DNA of 63,558 nucleotides, filler included, from Octopus bimaculoides (lineage: Eukaryota): NCBI RefSeq assembly GCF_001194135.2. It is 5 parts of 4 records of this genome, joined end to end, with 100 filler letters (N's around TTAATTAATTAA, not from the genome) between each part and the next. Parts side by side here need not be neighbours in the genome. Positions count along the whole stretch, not along the records: positions 36,992 to 59,634 come from NC_068996.1; positions 59,735 to 61,843 come from NC_069005.1; positions 61,944 to 63,558 come from NW_026306033.1; 2 more parts are not named here. One strand, given 5' to 3'. Positions 54,785-63,558 of the stretch are shown here, piece after piece. The notes beneath the pieces were generated by a model. That model saw only the letters and a program-made list of their open reading frames with translations, was not told the origin of the DNA and did not search any database. Numbering within the stretch: position 1 is the first letter of the stretch; each line of letters opens with the position of its first letter. The position numbers and the translations under genes are program-made.

Positions 54785-55067
54785 ATGGCATAGTGGTTAA
54801 GAGCGTGGGCCACTAACCCCAAGATTCTGAGTTCAATTCCAAGCAGTGACCTGAATAATAATAATAACAATAATAATAATAATGATAATAATAACATTGA
54901 AAAATACCTAAGGAATGAGAACCCAGGTTCGAAATTTCCCCAAGACGCCTGATGAAGGCTGGAAGGTATATCAGCCGAAACTTGTTAACAACAAACAAGA
55001 TGAGGACAAATATCCGTCGAATGTAAATAATGTAAATAATTCCTCGTCTCTTAAATATAGAACTGTA
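54785..55067 (+). mobile_element. Composite short element: tRNA-like Pol III head + (AAT)n + hammerhead-containing tail (family H1)
   Basis: A box TGGCATAGTGG 54786-54796 and B box GTTCAATTCC 54831-54840, then an AAT run. The tail is shared with 152-320 and 19880-20010 (-) and includes CTGATGA 54949-54955, stem II GGCTG/CAGCC and GAAA 54977-54980. Helix III is damaged by a deletion in this copy. Confidence 0.75.
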
Positions 55068-55789
55068 CTGCAGGGTTTTCTGGGGAATGTATATTATATT
55101 CAACATTGTCACTTCCCATCTTGCTGAAGGCAATAATTAACAAATCATGATAAAATGCCAATTGTAATTTATTACGAGATTTTTTTTGTATTTTATTCAT
55201 TTTATGCCATAAAACCAAAACTACTCACAATACCAACCCTTAAAATCCATAACCTATTTCCTTCAAAGCATAGGAATTATCTACATGTCCCACTTATTGA
55301 TCTTGTTTTTGACAAGTGAGACAATTAATAATTCTCACTAATTACACTTTATCTTCATATCCTTCTTGTTTTTCCTTGTGTGCCATCACAACAGGTTGTC
55401 ACTGACCATGGGCTTCCACTCCCTCTTGTCTCACATCTTAGCATATGATTGGATTCATTTTTCTGTAGCCATTTGGCAAGGACATCCAGTAACTTTTCCC
55501 TCTGTCTCCCTTGCTTTCTTCTTTCCAGTTTTTACCAAGTGTTCAAGGCTTTGTTCTTAGAAGGCATCTAATGAACTTAGCTTGTTGCCACCTCTTCCAT
55601 ATAATGTTAGGAATTTTTCTGATGGTTACTACTGGTCTAATTATTTCAACGTTTGTTAATCTACTTCAATGGGATATATTCATATTTCATCTATCTTAGC
55701 ATTAAAAGAATTCCTTTTACTTTTATTGCATGCTACCTTGTATGGGACACACAGCACAATCTGTCTGGTAAAATTTTTTTGTAGTCTTG

Positions 55790-56330
55790 GTCATTTGTTG
55801 CATATCTGGTTGTGTATCAAAGACCCTGGCAAAAAGGATTGATGACTTCAATAGAAGAATCCCAAGAACCATCAAAAGCATCAGATGGTACCATCATGTT
55901 TCCAACAAGGAACTGTATGTGTGCACACATCAGCCTGCAGCCTCCCACCTCATAGCTATCCATCACATGCACTTGTATGGACATGTCCTCTGTTTCCTGC
56001 TAGATCATCATACCAGGGTTTTACTCTGATTTGACGCAGTAGCTCTGGACTGAAGGGGCCTTGTGGCAGGCCCCATACTGGGGGACAGCTGGATGTGATT
56101 GAGGAAGATTTCCAAAGGCTTGGCATCACTTTGGAGGACGCAGAGGGGCTGGGACAGAACCACTAGTGATGGAGAGCACTGGTGGACCTGGTCAGCTCTA
56201 TACATGATGATGCCTCTGGAACCATTAATTTGGGGAAGATCTCCAGAGGCCTGACATCACCTTGGAGGATGCAGAGCAGTTGGTACGGGACTGCCAGCGA
56301 TGGAGCACATTGGTTGACCTAGTTGATCCT
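55790..56330 (+). mobile_element. RTE LINE 3' end with duplicated terminal segment
   Basis: KTLAKRIDDF.RR..RTI..IRWYHHVSNKEL...LYGHVL....HHTRVLL; WLDVIEEDFQRLGITLEDAEGL. The last ~100 bp are repeated at about 56225-56330. Confidence 0.85.
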
Positions 56331-56499
56331 ATTGATGATAATACTTCTTGGACCACTAACCTAGGGTGATCAGTTTCATCAAGCTTGAGCATGAAGCAGC
56401 AAGCATGCTTGGTCATTTGGTCACCTTGCCCACGAAACTCCTCATCTCATGTCTTCTTGCAGTAACATTTTTGTTTTCGGTTTCCCTCTTCTTCCACAG

Positions 56500-56531
56500 A
56501 TGCATCACACTGTGGGCACATGACTTTGCAG
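56500..56531 (+). CDS. STIM: Candidate 32-nt STIM micro-exon
   Basis: Strong acceptor ttttgttttcggtttccctcttcttccacag and donor CAG|gtatcc. The frame compatible with the next exon gives xCITLWAHDFA(D). Followed by a 119-nt intron. Confidence 0.55.
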
Positions 56532-56650
56532 GTATCCTCTAATGCAGACCAACCTATCCTAAACCTAACCTAACCCAACCCAACAACCCCAACCATTAAT
56601 GTTTCAAAAGTAGGTGACATTTATTGATGTTTGTTTTTCTCTCCTTGCAG

Positions 56651-56763
56651 ATCACAATCCATCCTGTTTAAAAGACAAGGAAAACTTCAATGCTATCAAG
56701 ACACTACATGATTTGATTGATGATGATAGGAATGGCAACGTTGATCAAACAGAAAGTGATGAG
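56651..56763 (+). CDS. STIM: Stromal interaction molecule (STIM), luminal canonical EF-hand exon
   Basis: ttctctccttgcag|AT...GAG|gtaaaa; (D)HNPSCLKDKENFNAIKTLHDLIDDDRNGNVDQTESDE aligns with STIM1 [26 protein letters not shown]. 12-residue loop DDDRNGNVDQTE. Confidence 0.93.
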
Positions 56764-57477
56764 GTAAAAATAATATATCACATATTGTTTTGGCTTATTT
56801 TTTTGTTTTGTTTTCAGGTAGTTTTTTTTGTATATATTTTCACCTTTTTCATATTTCTTCTTTTTTTTTTTTACTTTTCAAACTTCCATCTGCTTATTGC
56901 CATAAAATTAAAGGTAAGCACTAGGTCCTTAAAGGAGAGTTAATGACACTTTAGTTTACATGCTAAAGGGAGGGAAAACAAATCTGTTTCCCTGTCACCA
57001 TCCAACAGAATATATAATTAGAATATGTGATGGTGATTAGCTTTTTATTCCTAATTCTCTCTGTATCTTTCAACTCAGCCTCTCACTATGTCCAATAATA
57101 ACGGTGAGCCATTTTGATAGAAGATCATGTTTATTTTTAAACATGGAATAATAGGTGCAGACATGGTTGTGTGGTTAGAAGTTGCAGAGTCCTTGGTTCA
57201 GTGTCACTGTGTAACACCTTTATACAAGTGTCTTCTATTATAGCTTTTTGTTGACCAAAACCTTCTGAGTGAATTTGGCAGACAGAAACTGGAAAAAGCC
57301 TGTTGTATATATAAGTGTGTGTGTGTCTATGCCTATGTTTGTTCTCTTCCCAACCACTTAAAAACTGGTGTTGGTGTAGTTACATCCCTTTAACTTAGCA
57401 GTTCAACAAAGTGACTAACAGAATAAGTACCAGGCTTCAAAAAAGAAAAAAATCAATTCAATTTTACTAAAATTCTT

Positions 57478-57710
57478 ATTTCTTTATTACCCACAAGGGG
57501 CTAAATATAGAGGGGACAAACAAGGACAGACAAAGGGATTAAGTCGATTACACTGACCCCAGTGCGTAACTGGTACTTATTTAATTGACCCCGAAAGGAT
57601 GAAAGGCAAAGTCGACGTCGGCGGAATTTGAACTCAGAACGTAAAGACAGATGAAATACCGCTAAGCATTTCACCCGGCGTGCTAACGATTCTGCCAGCT
57701 CGCCGCCTTT
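57478..57710 (-). mobile_element. Young family C SINE inserted in a family B SINE, with 17-bp TSD
   Basis: ATTTTACTAAAATTCTT at 57461-57477 and 57711-57727. Confidence 0.85.
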
Positions 57711-58431
57711 ATTTTACTAAAATTCTTTGAGGCAGTGCCCCAGCATGGCCACATGACTGAGACAAGATAGAAGATAAAAGAACTTAATTGACCTAAATGT
57801 GTTTACCATTTATTCACCTTGCTCAGTTACCTCATTTAATACAGCTCACTCAAAACTACATTTGGCTCTGTGATACACATTTCCTATTTTAAAGTGAACC
57901 AAATTAAAGTCTTCTGTCAAAATTTCATGTTGGAAGGTCTTAATCTGGATTAAATTATCAAAATTTCATGCTAATTTATGACTCAAACACCAGCTTGATA
58001 TTTTGTTATCTAATTAAATTCTTCGTAATTTTCAAAAATTAAGGCAAAATATTTAAAGAGAAATATAACAACAGAAGGATTAATGTTATGATGATTTGGC
58101 TGCTTCTCTTTTCTGGATTTAGAACCATGGAGAACTGAATTATTATTTCAGAAGACAACATATAAAGCTCCTCTAGTTATTCACCAAATTTAACGGATGT
58201 TAAAATATTATGATGAAGATGAGAATGATGATGATGATAATGATGATAATCCTTTCTACTCTATCACAAGGCTTGAAATTTTGGGGAAGGGGTTTATCAA
58301 TTACATTGACCCTAGTGTTTGACTGCTACTTTTTTCGTTGAACCCAAAATGTTGGAAGGCAAAGCCAACCTTACTGGAATTTGAACTCAGAAAATACTAG
58401 TAAGTATCTTGGCCAGCATGCTAACGATTCT

Positions 58432-58648
58432 TATTTCTTTATTGCCCACAAAGGGCTAAACATAGAGGGGACACACAAGGACAGACAAACAGATTAAGTC
58501 GATTACATCGATCCCAGTGCGTAACTGGTACTTAATTTATCGACCCCGAAAGGATGAAAGGCAAAGTCGACCTCGGCGGAATTTGAACTCAGAACGTAGT
58601 GACAGATGAAATACCGCTAAGCATTTCGCCCGGCGTGTTAACATTTCT
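58432..58648 (-). mobile_element. Young family C SINE inserted in an older family C copy, with 20-bp TSD
   Basis: GCCAGCATGCTAA(C/T)GATTCT at 58412-58431 and 58649-58668. Confidence 0.8.
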
Positions 58649-58682
58649 GCCAGCATGCTAATGATTCTGCCAGCTTCCTGCC

Positions 58683-58726
<44 letters not shown>

Positions 58727-59546
58727 CCTTTCTACTAAAGGCACACAGCCTGAAATTTTGTTGAGAGGGGCTAGTTGGTTACAGTGACCCAGTACTCGAT
58801 TGGTACTTATTTTATTGACTCCACTCCCATTTGAGTTGAGCAAGACACTTTATTTCACTCCAGTTCACTCAGCTGTAGAAATGAGTTGCAACATCACTGG
58901 TGCTAATCTGTATCAGCCTTGGATAACATTGTTGGCATTGAGAGTGGAGGCTGGTAATCATGGGTAACTGCTGGTCTTCTATAAACAACTTTGCCCAGAC
59001 TTGTGCCTCAGAGGGGAACTTTCTAGGTGCAATCCCATGATCATTCATAACCGAAAGGGCTCTTTATCCTTTTACTCCTAAATGGATGAAAGTAATGTTG
59101 ACCTCGGCAGAATTTAAACTCAGAATGTAGAGATGAATGAAATGCCACAAAGCATTTTGTCAGTCATGCAAATGATTTTGAATAATAATAATAATGATGA
59201 TGATTTCTTTATTAACCACAAGGGTTTGCATTAAGAAAAATTACCTTGTCGAATGTAATGCTTCTTTATTCACATTGTTTTGAATTAATCTTGCATTATT
59301 TCATAGCTTTGAGATTTTGATAATGTGATTGTTTATGCTTAGAATGACATTGTAGGGAAGGTGTAAAAGGACAGATCTAGTCAGTTTCAACATAAAGCAT
59401 GCAGAATATTTTGGGTTGGATGTGACCAGTTTAACTGCTGAACGATTAGACCCAGCAATTCTTGGGTCAGAGGTCTGAGGGTAACTTTCTCCTTTTCTCC
59501 ACTCAACTTGGAGACTCTGAAAAAAAGGTCATGGGAAACTGTCCTC

Positions 59547-59596
<50 letters not shown>

Positions 59597-59634
59597 CTCT
59601 CTCTTTTTCTCTCTCTCTTTTTCTCTCTCTCTTT

Positions 59635-59734
59635 NNNNNNNNNNNNNNNNNNNNNNNNNNNNNNNNNNNNNNNNNNNNTTAATTAATTAANNNNNNNNNN
59701 NNNNNNNNNNNNNNNNNNNNNNNNNNNNNNNNNN
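59635..59734. other. Artificial 100-nt spacer
   Basis: 44 N + TTAATTAATTAA (59679-59690) + 44 N. Confidence 0.95.
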
Positions 59735-59765
<31 letters not shown>

Positions 59766-60203
59766 GCATATATATATATATGCATATATGTATATGTGTA
59801 TATAGGCGTCTACACGCAAACGCATGAAATCATAGGTGCGCATGCAGGCGTATATATACACCTCACACACACACACACATACACACGCACACACAGATCA
59901 GGCATATCCTCATGCGCGCATACATTATCTCGCCGGTGCCTTGTTATCAACCAGATGCTTTTAAACAGCTTCTGGTTGATAATATACGCCATCTGGTCGA
60001 TAACACGCCATCTGTTGAAGAATACGGCATCAGGTGAGGAATGGAACATCTAATAAAATGGTTTCTCCGAGAATCAAAGAGAGCGAAAGGCCTTTAATGG
60101 TCAATCAACATGCTGGAAATAGCAGTCCAATCTATTTGGAATTACATCATAGTGTCTTAAACGCAAATGGTTTATGTATTTTGGGATATGTTATGTTGCA
60201 ACA

Positions 60204-60395
60204 GTGGAGGCGCAATGGCCCAGTGGTCAGGGCAGCGGACTCGCAGTCGTGGAATCGCAGTTTCGATTCCCATACTGGGCCTTTCATCCTTTCGGAGTCG
60301 ATGAAAACAGTTCTGGGGTTGATGTAATCGACTATCCCCTGCCCTCCAAATTTCAGGCCTTGTGTCAATAGTAGAAAGAATTATTATTATTATTA
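60204..60395 (+). mobile_element. Chimeric SINE: family A tRNA head + family C body, (ATT)n tail
   Basis: gtggaggcgcaatggcccagtggtcagggcagcggactcgc (as at 48503) joined to ggcctttcatcctttcggagtcgat...gatgtaatcgac (as in family C). Confidence 0.7.
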
Positions 60396-60397
60396 TC

Positions 60398-60942
60398 ATT
60401 GAGTGAGAGAGCAGTGCATGCCATCAAAGTGACACTGGGGTAAAATATACGAAGCCCATTATACCCATCATGACTACCCGTCTGACAAGGGTACACCAGA
60501 CACATGCATCACAACCATATGTGCGTGATATGGTGATCTCATATCAAGCTAAACACCATAAGTCCTTGCAGGTGGGGGCCAGTTACAAGTTTCTTCTGGT
60601 CGAGTAGCCCATCCCACTCAAAAGGTCCCTAAATAAGGATTATCAAAGAATGATGAACAAAACGTCCCATGTTTCCAGAGGTGAATTTAAACCCCAAAGA
60701 ATTCTTCTCAACACATGGCTATGATGTTCCCCTCTCGTGATCAGAGATGCACATATCGTCAGCCACTAAGGGACATGCTCAACTGGTTAAGGTCAAACAA
60801 CTGAGCAGCAAATCTATGGTATTGAGCAGAATATTTGCTGTAACCCATCTTTTATACCAAAACAAAACATGTACATGGTAGCATTTCCAATCAGTTAAGG
60901 TCAAAAGCCATGAGAGCCACTGCCTGGTACTGTATCAGAGCA
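60398..60942. repeat. Interspersed repeat flanked by (TTA)n on both sides
   Basis: 60685-60845 is similar to 27565-27730. Both ends abut ATT arrays. Confidence 0.65.
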
Positions 60943-60973
60943 ATTATTATTATTATTGTTGTTGTTGTTGTCG

Positions 60974-61011
<38 letters not shown>

Positions 61012-61033
61012 GTCGTCGTCGTCGTCGTTGTTG

Positions 61034-61073
<40 letters not shown>

Positions 61074-61090
61074 CATTACTATTATTATTA
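60943..61090. repeat. Compound trinucleotide microsatellite
   Basis: (ATT)5(GTT)4(GTC)2(ATC)12(GTC)5(GTT)4(ATT)11, then degenerate ATT. Confidence 0.95.
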
Positions 61091-61449
61091 CGAAAACGCG
61101 TTCGATTTGTCGACACGCTAACAGCTATTACCGCAAACGATTGCTAAATCGACTCATTACGATTTCCACAATGTACAAACCACTCCAGTTATCGCTTCGT
61201 CTATCTTCACCAGGAATTAATTGAGAGAAAATAAACGTAAATTCAAAGTATATACAATAAAACAATCGCTGATCTCAAGCGAAATTGAATACTAGAAGAA
61301 GCTTTAGAATTCGTTGCAAATGGCTGCTAATGAGGTAACTATAATGGTTTCACGCATCTAATGAGGCAACATTAATCAGGTGAAGTACTTGTGGAATAAT
61401 GAACTTTGGTATCAATTCTGTAGAATATCTGCAGTTTGATATTATAGCT

Positions 61450-61710
61450 TGGGGGCGGTTGAAACTTGTACGCGTGTTATTATGTTACATTGAACCATAA
61501 CCGGTGAGGAGTTCAAGATGGCGGCGTATAACATCAGACGAGAAATGGAAACAAAGAGAGCAGACGATATGTTTCTTAATGGAAGGATGAATGGGTGAAA
61601 GGCCCAGGTGTACAGGTGCGTGTTATCTGATTAAGAGATAGTTCATGCTAACCTGTTGTTACCGGAAGGTGGAGGATGAATGAGATTCTGAATGGTCGCG
61701 TGCGCATGCG
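61450..61710 (+). promoter_or_regulatory. Candidate CpG-enriched promoter/first exon
   Basis: GC box GGGGGCGG 61451-61458; YY1-type/Kozak-like CAAGATGGCGGCG 61514-61526; NRF1-type TGCGCATGCG 61701-61710. Confidence 0.4.
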
Positions 61711-61843
61711 TGTATTTGCTTGTATGTGCAGGCGGGTCTGTATGTGTGACTCTACGTATGTGTAAGTGTAACAGTAACGTATAAATATGTGTATGTGCCT
61801 CTACAAACATATATCCATATATATATATATATATATATATATA

Positions 61844-61943
61844 NNNNNNNNNNNNNNNNNNNNNNNNNNNNNNNNNNNNNNNNNNNNTTAATTAATTAAN
61901 NNNNNNNNNNNNNNNNNNNNNNNNNNNNNNNNNNNNNNNNNNN
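61844..61943. other. Artificial 100-nt spacer
   Basis: 44 N + TTAATTAATTAA (61888-61899) + 44 N. Confidence 0.95.
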
Positions 61944-62140
61944 AAATTTACTTATACCATTGGTCTCTTTATCTCATTCTTTATATATATATAATGATAA
62001 TATAGATTTAATCAAAACATTAAATGTGGTACTTAAAATGTTTGAGGCACCAGAATTTGGTAGGGTAAAAACCAAAAACAAAATCAAGAGATTTAGTGAA
62101 TAAAATTTGAAGAAAAGCAACAAAAATTCAATAGGTTATA

Positions 62141-62228
62141 GCAGTACGTACGTTTCGTACAAGCTCCATTTATTCATGTAGTGAGAACACTACATAGAAT
62201 GTACAATGAAAATGTACTCCTCACCTGC
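62141..62228 (-). ncRNA. Type I hammerhead motif (family H4) with C3-to-G core substitution
   Basis: Minus strand GCAG-GTGAGGA-GTAC...GTAC-GAAA-CGTACG-TA|CTGC. Palindrome ACGTACGT 62146-62153. Inner 8-bp hairpin ATGTAGTG/CACTACAT. Confidence 0.65.
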
Positions 62229-63001
62229 ATAATGGAATTTCATTTTAGAAAGACATTTTGTAGATGTGTACAAAAAAGAGTAAGAGAAGAAAACATACCA
62301 TCTTGACTATGCTGCCGTTTATCAGTCTAGTGAATCAAACAAGAATTTAAAATCTATATAATCTAATTGGAGGGGTAGTAGTAATTTCAAATTTAGAGAA
62401 AGGTAGATTAAGTAGAGATGGACAGCAGGTTAGGGGTAAATCAAGCATGAGGGGAAAAAATGGAAAGACAATACCCTAAGGAGTGGTTAGAGAAAATTTA
62501 AAGTAAGGGAATTTAGGTCAAGGTATTAAAGAAATATATCTATTCTACAGTATATTTAGAATAATACAAGGAAACACTAAAGTACTAAGTTTAAAACCAT
62601 AGGGAACATTAATAATTAAATGAGAACAAGATAAACATTTATAGTTAAAATAAGATATACATTAATGTGGGGTAGTAGAAGAGAGATATTATTTATGAGT
62701 AAAACCATAATATTAATGGCCAAAACCTGAACAAAAAGAAAGGGGGGAAGAAGGAGGAGGAAAAAAGGGAGATGAATAAAGTTAGAAAAACGGGACTAAA
62801 TTAAGAGAATTAAAGCTAAGGTTTTCGAAAAAGTAATATGGTACTCTTGTACCATATTACTTAGAGAAAATGTAGGAATATTATCAGTGGGTTGGGAAAG
62901 GTTAAAATGTATTCTAAGTTTATATTTAAAAGTTATAACTCAAATAAAGTAGTTATTAGTCAGGGAAATGAGAGAAATTAAAATAAAACATTATTAGCAA
63001 G

Positions 63002-63182
63002 ATTTACTTTTTAAAATATTTACTTTTTAAAATATTTACTTTTTAAAATATTTACTTTTTAAAATATTTACTTTTTAAAATATTTACTTTTTAAAATATT
63101 TACTTTTTAAAATATTTACTTTTTAAAATATTTACTTTTTAAAATATTTACTTTTTAAAATATTTACTTTTTAAAATATTTA
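63002..63182. repeat. Homogeneous 16-bp tandem array, about 11 copies
   Basis: Unit ATTTACTTTTTAAAAT repeated without visible mismatch. Confidence 0.95.
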
Positions 63183-63221
63183 AAGGTACGAGAGTAACAA
63201 TGCACACATAGAACCCTAAGG

Positions 63222-63556
63222 TCAGATCTTATTGTTAATTGGATTAGGATTATCCTTAAGTTTAAAAATTTCGTAAATTTCCATAGAGCACTGTCCACAG
63301 CCATATCTACTATTTCTATAAGGCTGTGCTCCCCTGACGATACCATTTTCCTTCAATTCCCAAATTTTATTAGATAATGATGTTTAAGTCTAAATGAAGA
63401 AAACTGATTATATAATCGTTGTTTAAGGTTGATTGTGCAACCAACATAAATGTAATTATTAGTTGGAGTAGCCACTGTACATTTATAGACCACATTACGG
63501 GTTAAACTACGGCCAGATACCGGACAGTGGGCTTTAATTCTACAATTACAATTAAG
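63222..63556 (-). mobile_element. Penelope-like element, GIY-YIG endonuclease
   Basis: CNCRIKAHCPVSGRSLTRNVVYKCTVATPTNNYIYVGCT..LKQRLYNQFSSFR, then after a frameshift SNKIWELKEN...AQPY....CGQCSMEIYEI. Confidence 0.9.
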
Positions 63557-63558
63557 GG

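Noticed and set aside
60860-60942. Possible HDV-like ribozyme at the end of the (TTA)n-flanked repeat
   Set aside because: A P3/L3-like segment can be drawn, but no complementary P1 strand was found.
63002-63182. CRISPR-like array
   Set aside because: Head-to-tail units without spacers, in a eukaryotic context.

Overview
AT-rich, microsatellite- and transposon-dense animal genomic DNA. The SINE/MITE repertoire looks like octopus; this is inferred, not database-checked. The window is not one locus. Four identical 100-nt spacers (44 N + TTAATTAATTAA + 44 N) split it into five segments: 1-24614, 24715-36891, 36992-59634, 59735-61843 and 61944-63558. Host genes: three phase-compatible + strand exons of a TTLL3/TTLL8-like tubulin glycylase (segment 2), and the EF-hand exon of STIM plus two candidate upstream exons that could supply a signal peptide (segment 3). 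The rest is decayed mobile DNA: Penelope-like, RTE, CR1-type, CRE-like and R4/Dong-like retroelements; mariner, DD37D/maT, Merlin and Helitron remnants; piggyBac-type MITEs; and at least four SINE families. The most notable unannotated signal is six type I hammerhead ribozyme motifs in four unrelated sequence families, none visible in the ORF track. Five have a loopless palindromic helix III (ACGT, ATAT, ACAGCTGT, ACATATGT, ACGTACGT); the sixth has lost it by deletion. Two lie downstream of Penelope GIY-YIG ORFs. One family occurs, in its one copy with an intact 5' end, fused behind a tRNA-like Pol III head, suggesting a ribozyme-bearing SINE. Penelope-associated minimal hammerheads are an established class; whether these families and the tRNA-head chimera are new cannot be judged without database searches.
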